64,000 nt of DNA from the IMG/VR virus record IMGVR_UViG_3300032038_000012, positions 32,001-96,000 of that record, one strand, 5' to 3'. Origin of the DNA: a virus. Lineage: Duplodnaviria > Caudoviricetes. The position numbers and the translations under genes are program-made. The notes under the pieces are model-generated. The model worked only from the letters and a program-made list of their open reading frames with translations, was not told the origin of the DNA and ran no database searches. This document shows, one piece after another, positions 43,295 through 54,674 of the stretch (positions within the stretch are counted from its first letter, which is position 1; every line of letters begins with the position of its first letter).

Positions 43295-46200
43295 ATGGCA
43301 AATTATCCAGTAAAATTATTAAAGGATAAAGATGGGACAGCTTTTATTCCTGTCGTTAATTCAGATTCCATTATTACCCCAGAGGGCGATACTCTTAATG
43401 ATTTACTAGAAGAAAAACAAGATTTATTAACTTCTGGTACTAACATTAAAACAATTAATAATGAATCTTTATTAGGGTCAGGTAATATTTCAATACAAGG
43501 TGGTGGAGATGCAACTGATGTTCAAGTTAATGGAGTTAGTATTACACAAAATAATGTAGCAAACATAGCAACTCAAACAGCATATAATTCATTAACAAAT
43601 AAGATTGCTACAAAAAATGATATTCCTACACAAACTAGTCAATTAACAAACAATAGTGGATATATAACATCATCTGTTGATAATTTAACTAATTATACAA
43701 AAACAAATGATTTATCAGAAGTAGCGACATCAGGTTCATATGAGGATTTGTCAGATAAACCAACCACTTTAAGCGGATACGGTATTACAGATGCAGGAAT
43801 TTCAAACGGGACAATTACTTTAGGTAGTAATACTATTACACCTTCTACAGTTCAAAATATAAAAGATGGTTCTAGTACAGGTAGTTTAAGAAGTTCGGGG
43901 TCTAGGACTGAAAATGCAAATTATACCATTGGAAGTTATGCTTTTGCAGAAGGTTACAATACAAAAGCATCTGGTGGTAATTCTCATGCGGAAGGAAATT
44001 ATACCGAAGCCTCTGGTAATAGTTCTCATACAGAAGGAAGTAATACAAAAGCTATTGGAACGATTTCTCATGCAGAAGGAAATTATACAGAAGCCTCTGG
44101 AAATCAATCTCATGCGGAAGGCTATTATACAATAGCTTCTGGGTCTGATTCACACGCAGAAGGAATTCGTACAGTAGCGAATGGAAACAATGGAAGTCAT
44201 AGCGAAGGATATTATGCAGAAGCTAATGGAAATTATGGGTCTCATGCTGAAGGACGTGATACAAGAGCTATTGGTGATAGTTCACATGCTGAAGGTAAGG
44301 GTGCAGTTGCATCTCAATCTTATTCGCATGCTGAAGGATGAGATACAATAGCAAGTGGAAGGTATTCACATGCGGAGGGTGGTCGCAGAGACGGTTATCT
44401 TTTTGTAGGAACTGTTGTTTCTGTGGATGCAGAAAATCAAACTTATGAAGTTAGTGGAGTTCCAAAAGAAGCAATAAGTGATAATTTATTTTATAGTGGA
44501 GCTTTTTTCTCAGAAACTAATAATACTGATTCAGACCAAAGGATAGTTTCAGCCACTCGTTCATCTGACACAAATAATGTTACTTTTACAGTTTCAAGTT
44601 TTGACTCTTCTATAGCAGTAGGAGATAGTTTTAGAGTTTTTGCAGGATCAAAAGCAAGTGGAAATTATTCTCATGCTGAAGGAAATAGAGCTTATGCTAT
44701 TGGTAATTATTCTCATGCAGAAGGAAATGATACAATTGCAATTGGAACAACTTCTCATGCAGAAGGATTTAATACATTAGCAAGTGGGTATTGTTCTCAT
44801 GCAGGAGGGAATAATACAAAAGCAAATAAAGATTATCAAACTGCAATTGGAAAATACAATAAAAATGTAAATAATGCTTTGCTTGAAGTTGGAAATGGGA
44901 CTGCAGATGACTCTCGTTCAAACGCTTTTGTTGTTTATTCAGATGGAAAAGCTGAATTGGGTGCAGATCCAACTTCATCTATGCATGTTGCAACAAAACA
45001 ATATGTAGATAATAAAACTAGTAGTCTTGCTTTATCTAATATAAAAGATGGTTCTGCTACAGGTAGTGTTAGAACATCTGAAGCTTCAAGTGAAGGTTCC
45101 TCTTATACTATGGGAAGAGATGCTTTTGCAGAAGGAAATAATACAAAAGCATCTGGTAATAGTTCTCATGCGGAAGGTTCTAATGCAACAGCAAGTGGGG
45201 ATTATTCACATACAGAAGGAAACTGGACAACAGCTTCGGGAGGCTCTTCCCATGCAGAGGGGTATAATACAATAGCGAGTGGGAACTATTCTCATGCTGA
45301 AGGATATTATACTCAGGCAAGTGGAAATTATGGAGCTCATGCCGAAGGATCTTCAACAAGAGCTATTGGTAATAGTTCACGTGCTGAAGGAGAATACACA
45401 ACAGCTTCTGGGACTTGATCACATGCAGAGGGGTATTGAGCTAGGACAGGTGGAAAAGGATCTCATGCTGAAGGAGGATGGGATTCAAGTATACCTTATA
45501 ATATTGTTGGTACAGTTGTTTCTATAGATACAGAAAATAAAACCTATGAAGTTAGTGGTTTAACTAGGTATGTTACTAATGATAAAAATTATGTAGGAGC
45601 AATGTATCATAATAGTTCAAATGGTTGTGCTAATAGTTATTATATTACTTCAGAAACTTATAATACAGCTACTAAAAATTTTACTTTTGAAGTATCATAT
45701 ATAGATTCTTCTATAGTAGTTGGAGGTTCTTTTTATATAAAGATATCTTCCACTGCGCTTGGAGACTTTTCTCACTCAGAGGGAAGAAACACTTTTGCAC
45801 CAGGAACAGGTTCACATGCTGAAGGATGAAATACAATAGCAAGGTATAGTGGTTCACATGCGGAAGGAGATAGTACTTATGCAGGACCTTTTTCACATGC
45901 AGAGGGGTCTTGGACAACCGCAGAAAGCAATGGTTCTCATACCGAAGGATACGATACTTTTACTAAAGGATACGGCGCTCATGCAGAAGGTTTTGCTGCT
46001 AGAGCAATAGGAGATTATTCTCATGCTGAAGGTGGCGGAGATATTGTTACTGGAACTGTAGTTTCTTTAAATTCTACTGATAAAACTTATGAAATTAGTG
46101 GATTAACTAGATATAGTGATAGTAATAATAATTATATAGGTTGTGTTTTTTCTTATCAGGCATCATATGGTTATGGGAATCAGAACAAAATAGTTTCGGA

Positions 46201-46582
46201 AACTTATGATTCTACAACTGGTAATTTTACTTTTACAGTTACAAAATTTGATGAAACTCATTTTAATGTTGGAGATAGTTTTTATATTATAATGGGTTGT
46301 ACCGCTTGAGGAGACGGTTCTCATGCTAGCGGGTTAGCAACAATAGCGAAAAAGAATTTTCAAACTGTAATTGGAAAACACAATGATAATAAAAGTGACA
46401 CTTTATTTGAAATTGGAAATGGAAGTCGTTTTGGTGGTCGTTCTAATGCATTTGAGGTTTATTCAGACGGAAGAGCTATCGTTGGGGCAGATCCAACTAC
46501 TGCAATGGGGGTTGCAACTAAACAATATGTTGATGATGCAATAGCTAGTGCTATTACTACAACTTTGAACGGAGGTTATTAA
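43295..46582 (+). CDS. Long fibre with YadA-head-like SHAEG repeats (1095 aa; TGA=Trp at 44339, 45416, 45437, 45827, 46307)
   Basis: One frame across three listed fragments plus unlisted 45830-46582; ~14-aa (A/S)G..SHAEG..T repeats continue through each TGA; TAA ends one base before next ATG. Confidence 0.8.
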
Positions 46583-46583
46583 T

Positions 46584-47738
46584 ATGGCAAGAACAGATAC
46601 ACTTCCTAACTTCTTAACAGATGTAGCTGACGCTATAAGAGAAAAAAAAGGAACAGAAGAAACAATACAAGCAAGTAATTTTGACACAGAAATAATTAAT
46701 TTACCTAGTGGTGGAGCAACACCAAGGGTAGGTTTTACAGTAGATGAGTATGATGAAAATGGCTATGCTACTAGGGTTACACTTCTTGGTATGACTAGTG
46801 TACCTGCTGGTGCTTTTGCTTCTCAAACTTCTTCTACACCTTCGTTATTAGGAAGAAAGTTACAAAGTATAACTTTACCTAGTGGAATAACAAGTATAGA
46901 AATGTATGCTTTTCAAAATTGTAATAGTTTAGCTTTAACTAGTTTACCTAGTGGAGTAACAAGTATAGGAAACTATGCTTTTAGTGGGTGTACTAATTTA
47001 GCTTTAACTAGTTTACCTAGTGGAATGACAAGAATAGATAGCTATGCTTTTTATAATTGCACTAATTTAGCTTTAACTAGTTTACCTAGTGAAGTAACAA
47101 GTATAGGAATGTATGCTTTTAGTGGGTGTACTAATTTAGCTTTAACTAGTTTACCTAGTGGAATAACAAGAATAGACACATATACTTTTCGAAATTGTAC
47201 TAATTTAGCTTTAACAAGTTTACCTAGTGGGATAACATATTTAAACAATGGTGCTTTTCAAAATTGTACTAATTTAGCTTTAACTAGTTTGCCTAGTTCG
47301 GTAGGCACTATATCAGCCTCAGCTTTTGAAAATTGTACTAATTTAGCTTTAACTATAATACCTAGTGATTCAAAGGATTTGTATGGAAGTAGTTTCAAAG
47401 GTTGCACAAATTTAAAAAAACTTAGGATCACAAGGGCATCAACAATTACAGGTACTAGCACTTCTAACGGTGCATTTAATGGTTGTACAGGCTTAAAACA
47501 AGTATGGATAGGGACATATTCAACTTCATCTAGTTCTATAACTATAGGTAGATATGCTTTTTATGGTTGTAGTGCTTTAGAAAAAATTTATATAAATCGA
47601 CCGAGAGCAACTGTAGAAGCTATAGCTAATTACCAATATGCTTTTATGAATGATGAAAGTAAAACAGGAATTATTGTATGTAATGATGATGAAGGGTTTA
47701 TTACTCAAGAAGAATTTGATGCATTAGTAATTTCGTAA
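46584..47738 (+). CDS. BspA-type leucine-rich-repeat (LRR_5) protein with phage attachment N-terminus
   Basis: 23-aa repeats AF.NCTNLALTSLPSG.T.I; N-terminal L.DVADAIREK.GT...I.A..F..EI..LPSGG. Confidence 0.85.
   Translation: MARTDTLPNFLTDVADAIREKKGTEETIQASNFDTEIINLPSGGATPRVGFTVDEYDENGYATRVTLLGMTSVPAGAFASQTSSTPSLLGRKLQSITLPSGITSIEMYAFQNCNSLALTSLPSGVTSIGNYAFSGCTNLALTSLPSGMTRIDSYAFYNCTNLALTSLPSEVTSIGMYAFSGCTNLALTSLPSGITRIDTYTFRNCTNLALTSLPSGITYLNNGAFQNCTNLALTSLPSSVGTISASAFENCTNLALTIIPSDSKDLYGSSFKGCTNLKKLRITRASTITGTSTSNGAFNGCTGLKQVWIGTYSTSSSSITIGRYAFYGCSALEKIYINRPRATVEAIANYQYAFMNDESKTGIIVCNDDEGFITQEEFDALVIS
46926..47365 (+). repeat. Tandem 69-bp coding repeats (about 7 units)
   Basis: AATTTAGCTTTAAC core at 46995, 47064, 47133, 47202, 47271, 47340. 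Confidence 0.9.
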
Positions 47739-47805
47739 AGGAGGTTAGTATGAAATATTATAAAGTAATGGCATAATTTTACTTTACAATATTTTGTAGA
47801 CTAAT

Positions 47806-47840
47806 AAAAAGAAGAGAGAGATTCCTTCTTCTTCTTTTTA
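47806..47840 (+). terminator. Possible terminator
   Basis: Imperfect purine/pyrimidine stem AAAAAGAAGAGAGAG / CTTCTTCTTCTTTTT. Confidence 0.5.
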
Positions 47841-47844
47841 TTTA

Positions 47845-47891
47845 GGTCTAAATAGTATAATAAAATAAAACTCTTTTTGATATAATTTTAG
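47845..47891 (+). promoter_or_regulatory. Bipartite late-promoter-like motif, copy 6
   Basis: GGTCTAAA...TTTTTGATATAATTTTAG, 46-nt spacing. Confidence 0.6.
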
Positions 47892-47922
47892 TAAGAGAGA
47901 AATGGAGATAGGAGGATTTAAA

Positions 47923-48273
47923 ATGTTTAGAGTAAGAAACAAAAATATTTACTTAAACAGAGGAGACGCCATTACTTTACAATTAGTAAATAATGAAGGC
48001 AAATTCGAAGCTGGAGACACAATTAAATTTTATGTTTGTGCAAATGGCGACTATACAAATATTCTTTTTGAAAAAGAATTTACTGTAGAAGAAACAAGTA
48101 ATTTTGCGGAAATAAAATTAACTTCTGCAGAGACTCGTATTGGAGATGCATTCAAAGATGGTTCAGTTACATATTGGTATGAAATTGAGTTAAATGGAGA
48201 TACAACTCTAATTGGATATGATGATGAAGGAGCTAAAAAATTCGTTTTATATCCAGAGGCTACTACAGAGTAA
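47923..48273 (+). CDS. NRGD-family small adaptor protein, paralogue 2
   Basis: GGAGG RBS before ATG 47923; LNRGD...WYEIELN...IGYD..G.K...LYP. Confidence 0.75.
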   Translation: MFRVRNKNIYLNRGDAITLQLVNNEGKFEAGDTIKFYVCANGDYTNILFEKEFTVEETSNFAEIKLTSAETRIGDAFKDGSVTYWYEIELNGDTTLIGYDDEGAKKFVLYPEATTE

Positions 48274-48295
48274 GAAATAAAAGGAGGAAATAAAT

Positions 48296-48979
48296 ATGGC
48301 TAAAAATACAATGGGATTTAGAGATGCTTACACTCAAACATTAGATATAGATATTTATCCTAAAGGTAATGATGGAGCCGATGGTATATCGATAATAGAT
48401 GTTGCAGTTGATAATAGAAGACATTTAATTTGCACTTTATCTAATGCTGAAGTTATTGATGCTGGAGAGGTCCCTGCACCAGAAGGAACTTTTGATGTTG
48501 AAATTATAAATTCATTACCTGCATCTGGTTCAATATCTACAATGTATTGCGTTCCACTTCCAAGTGAGCAACAAACAACAATTAAAAAATATGAAGAATA
48601 TTTTTATATTAGTAATGCTTGGGAAAAAGTAGGAACAGCTACAATAGATTTAAGCGGTTACTACACTAAAACTGAAGCTGATGCTATTACAGATGCATTA
48701 GATGATAAAATCGATCAAGAAATTGAAGATAGAGAAGCAGCTATTGCCGCGCACACTAATAGTGAAACTATTACTACTGATTTATCTGCAAAAGAATCTA
48801 CTTATTATTTATTAGGAACAGAAGATGGTATTGGTAAGGGGACTGGAATTTCACAAGCTAAAACTACTGTTGAAGGTAGTGGTGTAAAATATGAAAGTGG
48901 TAGTGAACAAGAAAATGGAAAATTATATATAGATGAAGAAAGGGTTACAACTGGATTGTACTTCACAATTTCAGAGTAG
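48296..48979 (+). CDS. Fibre/adaptor-type structural protein
   Basis: PKG.DG.DG, YEEY.Y....WEK.G...IDLSGYYTKTE.D motifs. Confidence 0.6.
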   Translation: MAKNTMGFRDAYTQTLDIDIYPKGNDGADGISIIDVAVDNRRHLICTLSNAEVIDAGEVPAPEGTFDVEIINSLPASGSISTMYCVPLPSEQQTTIKKYEEYFYISNAWEKVGTATIDLSGYYTKTEADAITDALDDKIDQEIEDREAAIAAHTNSETITTDLSAKESTYYLLGTEDGIGKGTGISQAKTTVEGSGVKYESGSEQENGKLYIDEERVTTGLYFTISE

Positions 48980-48996
48980 AGGAGGATTAGATAATT

Positions 48997-51249
48997 ATGT
49001 CAAAAACAATTAAATTTTATGAAGACGAATTAAAAACTAAACAAGTTTATCCTGAGATTGATCCTGAAGGAAAATATCCTGGGGTAACAGTTGGTTTAGC
49101 AGAGAACTTAACTTCTATAGATGGAGTTACTGATGGTTCATCATTCCAATATAGATCTGCTGCAAGTCATACAAGTGTGGCAACTGATGGATATGCAGTA
49201 TTAAAGAAATTACATGGAGCTAAATCAACAACTACAACAATTCCAGAAAGTATTAAATATAATTTATTAACTACTGGAGTAAAAAGTATTACATTAACTT
49301 TAGCAACTTTTAAAACTCAAAAAAGTGAAACTGGAGTTTATAATTTTATTTATACTCCAACAATTACATATACATCAAATTTAATAAGTTCAATTAATAA
49401 AGCTACATTTGCTAGAAAAATGAATGCTGCAACAGGAACTTTTGTATTTGAGTTTGATGCAGCTATTGATTATAATGATCCATCAACAATAGTATCAAAT
49501 TTTAATAAAAATACTTTTGCAAATAAAGTTTTAGGAACTGCAAATACATATGAATTTACATATGCAACAGATAATTGGTATTTAGGGACAGAACAAGTTT
49601 CTTTATCTCAATATGGATTTACTTTAAATTCAACAACACTTACAGAAGGAATGAAAATTACAGTTTATTATACTGCTAATAATTGAAAATATGGTCAAGA
49701 TGTAGTTGCATTATACCAATATGGAATTATTACAACAGGAAAAGAAAAACCTGGAAATACTATTACAATTAATTATACTGCAAATAATTGGATGTTAGAA
49801 GATGATATTGTTACATTATCAAGTTATGGTATTTCTATTACAAATGGAGCTGCCGCAATTAATGATAACATTCAAGTTATATATCAAGCTGAAGAGGTTG
49901 GAGTAGTTCAAATAGCAAATCCAACACATTTATTATCAATAGGAATGAATCAATTCAATAAAAGAGGTAGTCAAATTTTATCTAATAGTGGGATTGATGG
50001 TAATGGAGCTATAGGAACTGTTAATGACCATTATGTTATTTGGTTTAAGTGTTTAGGTGGACAAACTTATACTATTTATGATAAAAACGAAGGTAGTATA
50101 GTTCAAGCTGCATATAGTACTGAACCTATTGCAAGTTATTCAACAGGATTAACGATTTTAACACCTGTAACAACTTCATCAGAAGGAAATGAAGTAACAA
50201 CTACAACAACAAAAACTTATTATCAAACAACTAATAATGGTTATATGGCTATTGAAACTACTGATATTGAAGATTTATGTTGTCATTTAACCTGGTCTGG
50301 GACAGAAGATAATACTTATTCAGATTATTGAGAATTTAAATTAGAAATTCCATATGAAGATAAAAATGGAAATAAGATTTCTACATATGGATTACCTCAA
50401 TTAAATGATAATGTATTTGATGAAATTGATTTAGAAAATAATAAATATTATGTTAGAGTAGGAAGAGTTGAATATACTCCTACAAATTTATCTAATATTA
50501 GTGCTCAAACTTCTAATTATATATATGATAGTAATTGAATTTATTATAAGGCATCAAAAGAAAGAGTTTATGACTTAAAAGAAAGAGAAGATATATATCC
50601 TTGTGCGGACTTTGGTACAGAAGAATTTTTAAATAGTGTTTTAGAATTATCCCCTACAATAATTTATCAAAACAATTTAAAAGATAAATTAAGAAGAGAT
50701 GTTGAAGTTTTAGCTAATAAAACAAATGACTTATCAGATGTTTATGATTGAAATGCAACAACTATGTATCCAAGTGCAAAAGCTGTAAAAACAATAACTA
50801 ATAATATTTATGCAATGTTAGGTTTAGCTGTAAACACTTATGATAATAGTACTGTTTACTCTGCTGGGGACTATGTTGTATATGATAATATATTATATAA
50901 ATGCGTAACAAGCTCTAGTTCTGCAGGAGGCTTGACTAGAAAACCATCTGCAGTTATTTGGGATAGTTCTAATGAAGTATTCTCAATTACAGATGAAACT
51001 ACTTTACTTAATAGCGATCCTATTCAAGAACATGGTATAGGTGAGTATCAAATAAAATTACAAGCAGATTATCATGATCCAAATCATTCACATTATTTAC
51101 AAACACTAATATGTCCTGATGGGTATGTTTATGGACCGGAAGAAGGGCTTTTCTTGAATATGGGTATTCAAACCTTAACTAATACTGGTGAAGGAAGTTT
51201 TCAAATTACAGATGGACAATGGACTAGATCTTATTTATTTAAAGCTTAA
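48997..51249 (+). CDS. Tail structural protein (750 aa; TGA=Trp at 49684, 50329, 50536, 50749)
   Basis: One frame across three listed fragments; internal repeat YATDNWY / YTANN*K / YTANNWM; Y..GDYVVY...LYKC module. Confidence 0.8.
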
Positions 51250-51254
51250 TTTAT

Positions 51255-51288
51255 AGGGAGAGGGAGATAGTTCCTTCTCCTTTCTTTT
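51255..51288 (+). terminator. Rho-independent terminator
   Basis: AGGGAGAGGGA...TTCCTTCTCCTTT + T tract. Confidence 0.65.
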
Positions 51289-51316
51289 AGTATATAGAGA
51301 TAAAAGGAGGATATAT

Positions 51317-52150
51317 ATGATTTTAAATATAAAACGATTTGCGCCAGAGTTAGATGAATATAATCCTGAATATAGTTATACCTATACTAAAAAAGGATAT
51401 GTTGCAACAGTAGAGGTTTCTATTGAATGTGATTATGATATTTCAAGTATAGAATTAAGTCGAGGAGAAACTTTATTAGGAGATTTAGTTGATGTAACTT
51501 CTGATTGAACTCTTTATAATGATGGGAGTTCCATTAAAAGAACTTTTACTGAACCTTGTCATGATACTTTTGTTATAAATTTTGAAAACGCTACTGTAAC
51601 TGGATATGTTATAGTAAATACATCTGATGACTTTACCCCAGAAAGTGAACAATATCCAGTAGAAATTAATGGAGATATTCGAATTAGTAATAGTGAAATT
51701 AAATTAAAAAAAGTTGCTGAAACGATTAAAGATTTAACGAATATTATTTATCCTGTTGGAAGTATATATAGAAGTACAAATGCGATAAATCCACAGAATA
51801 TTTTTGGCGGAACGTGAACACAAATTACAGATGATACAATTGTTGCTTATGCAGAAATGTCTGGAACAACTTTAAATCAATCAAAAAATATTTCTTCCAT
51901 TACTGGATCTAGTACTTTTATAGTAACTTTTTCTAAAACTATGGCAAATACAAAATACAAGGTTTTTGTATCTGGAGAATGTAGTGGATTAGGAGCTGAA
52001 ATTATAGGAGTTTATGGAAAAACAACAACAGGTTTTAAATTTGATTTTTGTAATTATAGTGGGACAGCAACAACTCCTACAAGTCAAAATATTTTAGTAA
52101 TAGGGCAACTTGCTAATCCTGAATATTACGAATGAAAAAGGACAGCATAG
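51317..52150 (+). CDS. Tail-collar/gp10-C-like protein 1 (277 aa; TGA=Trp at 51506, 51815, 52133)
   Basis: YPVGSIY...NP..IFGGT*TQI and C-terminal YE*KRTA match the FGGTW/WKR motifs of paralogues. Confidence 0.8.
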
Positions 52151-52161
52151 GGGGTAAAAAT

Positions 52162-52605
52162 ATGATTATTAATACAGATTTAATTTATCCGATAGGAGCA
52201 ATTTATTTGTCAGTGTCACCTATAAATCCTAAAACTCTTTTTGGTGGAGATTGAGAAGCTATTTCTCAAGGAAGATTTTTACTTGGAGCTGGTTCTCCTG
52301 AAGCGAATACCGCAAATGATTTTGGAGATTTACAAAATTCAGGATATATTTTTCATGTTAATGATAGAGGCGGAGCTTATAAACATACTTTATTAACAAC
52401 TGAAATTCCTGCTCATAAACATCAAATAAAAACAAATAATGATGACTGGAATAATACTCAAAGTGGTGGTAACTATGGTACTACTAAGGACGGAACTACC
52501 GCTTGGTATAATAATAACTGGTATACAGAGAATACTGGTGGAGGTCAAGCACATAACAATATGCCGCCTTATACAGTAGTTTATATGTGAAAGAGGGTGG
52601 CTTAA
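52162..52605 (+). CDS. Tail-collar/gp10-C-like protein 2, absent from ORF track (147 aa; TGA=Trp at 52252, 52588)
   Basis: MIINTDLIYPIGAIY..NP..LFGGD*E...GRFLLGAG...HTL...EIPAHKH...TGGGQAHNNMPPYTVVYM*KRVA. Confidence 0.85.
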
Positions 52606-52607
52606 TA

Positions 52608-53528
52608 ATGAAAAAATTAAATATGAAAAGATTTGCAACTCCAGATCCGGGTTCAGATACTTTTGAAATAACTGTTCATTATACAGAAAATTATAACCAA
52701 GCAGGTTATTGTAATAGTGTAACCGTATTAGTAACATCTAGTATAGCTATGGCAAGTGTAGAAAGAAATGGAGTGGATGTTGCAGAAGAATGGAACGCAG
52801 AATTTCCTACAACTACAATTCAAAAAATTTATACTGAAAACACAACTGAAACCTTAACTTTTTCAAGTAGATATGGTGAAGAAATAACACAAACTATTGA
52901 TATTATTTCAATAGATGCTCAAAGTGTTATTGGAGCAGATCCAGCAATAGATGCAAATATAAAAATTAATCCAGATATAAAAATAGAAAAATTATCTTTA
53001 AAAGAAATAGATGAAACTGTAAGCACTTTGTTTGATTTAATTTACCCTGTTGGCTCTATTTATTATACAAATAATGCTAATTTTAGTCCTAATGTAAGTT
53101 TTAATGGAACATGGGAACAAATTAAAGATGTATTCTTACTTGCGGCAGGAGATACTTACGTTGGTGGAACTAGCGGCGGAGACACCAACACGGGCGCTGC
53201 TTCAGGTAATACTGGTGCTGCAACCGGAAATACAGGTTCAACTACCTTAACTGTCGATCAAATACCAGCGCATACCCATAAAGTAAAAAGAAATAATAAT
53301 TATTCAAATAATTTCATGATAGATACTGGTAAGACTAATCAATGGGGTAGTGCTATAATAAATACATCAGGATATACGGCACAATCAATGGGCATTACCA
53401 TTGAAAATACGGGCGGCAGTAAAGGTCATACACATACACTAAACTCACACACTCACACCTTAAACGATCATACCCACACCAATATGCCCCCTTATATTGT
53501 AGTTTATGTATGGAAGAGGGTGTCGTAA
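52608..53528 (+). CDS. Tail-collar/gp10-C-like protein 3
   Basis: YPVGSIY, FNGTWEQI, IPAHTH, MPPYIVVYVWKRVS; start reassigned to ATG 52608. Confidence 0.8.
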   Translation: MKKLNMKRFATPDPGSDTFEITVHYTENYNQAGYCNSVTVLVTSSIAMASVERNGVDVAEEWNAEFPTTTIQKIYTENTTETLTFSSRYGEEITQTIDIISIDAQSVIGADPAIDANIKINPDIKIEKLSLKEIDETVSTLFDLIYPVGSIYYTNNANFSPNVSFNGTWEQIKDVFLLAAGDTYVGGTSGGDTNTGAASGNTGAATGNTGSTTLTVDQIPAHTHKVKRNNNYSNNFMIDTGKTNQWGSAIINTSGYTAQSMGITIENTGGSKGHTHTLNSHTHTLNDHTHTNMPPYIVVYVWKRVS

Positions 53529-54211
53529 TGAAAAAAAGAATGAAATTAAATATTTTAAGATTTTCAACCAGTGCTGAAGAAAATATAGACATAAAAATTA
53601 ATGCAGATTTAAAAATAGAAGGAACAGATAGAAAATTAAAAGATATTGATTTGTCATTAACCCATCTTATAGATATTCTCAATTCTCAATGTGATATTGG
53701 AGGATTATATGAAACAACAGATAGTGCTGTCGATCCTAATACTTTTTTACCTGGCACTTGGACATTATTAAGTTCTAATGTTATTGACACTGGATGGCAA
53801 AATTTTTCTTGGACTAATTCTACATATATAGGAACATCACAATCTAGTTATACTCTTAATAAATGGCGTATAACAGATAATGTTTTACACGTTGTAATAG
53901 GTGTAGGATGTACATCTACTATTAACCATGGTAACGAAGATGAAATTGCTAGAGTCCCTATTGCAAACAGTGGATTGAATGAAAGTGCAACAAGAATATG
54001 GACGGGTGCCGTTGGTGGATCTGGATGTGTGGCAGGTTTCATTTTAAAAGAAACTTCAAATGGTGTGACAGTTGGAATAAAACCTCATACATCTTCTACT
54101 TTTGCTACAGCTCCTTGGTATTCAACTTATTTTACTTATCCATTACCAAGTAATTTTGTTTTTAAAAGCGGTAATTATAAAAGAAAATATATTTGGGAAA
54201 GAACAAATTAA
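53528..54211 (+). CDS. Tail-collar-like protein 4 with inserted DTGW beta-domain
   Basis: IGGLY...DP..FLPGTW...YIWERTN; TAATG overlap start. Confidence 0.7.
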   Translation: MKKRMKLNILRFSTSAEENIDIKINADLKIEGTDRKLKDIDLSLTHLIDILNSQCDIGGLYETTDSAVDPNTFLPGTWTLLSSNVIDTGWQNFSWTNSTYIGTSQSSYTLNKWRITDNVLHVVIGVGCTSTINHGNEDEIARVPIANSGLNESATRIWTGAVGGSGCVAGFILKETSNGVTVGIKPHTSSTFATAPWYSTYFTYPLPSNFVFKSGNYKRKYIWERTN

Positions 54212-54227
54212 GAAGGAGGGTTAAAAA

Positions 54228-54674
54228 ATGAAAATTAATGTAGATTTTATTTATCCTATTGGATCTGTTTATATTAGTACTGAATCTATAAACCCTTCTG
54301 TTTTATTTGGAGGGGTTTGGAAACAGACTGCAAAAAGTAGAGCTATTGTAGGAGCAGGGGCAAATATAGCTAACACAAATACAACTTATGGTTCTTTATC
54401 TGCGGGAACGTTAAATTTTACAGCTGGCACCCTTATGGGAGAATCAACACATACACTATCTATTCAAGAAATACCATCACATTCTCATGATTTAACTGTA
54501 CATTCAGGAGGAACTACAGCAGCTCCTATAGGTGGAGTAGCAAATACCGCAAATGCTTCAGGCAGTGGTCTACTAACAGATGCTAGGTGAAAAATACAAA
54601 ATACTGGTGGAGGACAAGCTCATAATAATATAATGCCTATTGAAGTGTATTATATATGGAAGAGGGTGTCGTAG
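54228..54674 (+). CDS. Tail-collar/gp10-C-like protein 5 (148 aa; TGA=Trp at 54588)
   Basis: After TGA the frame gives NTGGGQAHNNIMP..VYYIWKRVS-TAG, completing the family C-terminus. Confidence 0.85.

Noticed and set aside
46926-47365. CRISPR array
   Set aside because: The 69-bp period is in-frame LRR coding sequence, and the spacers are homologous to one another
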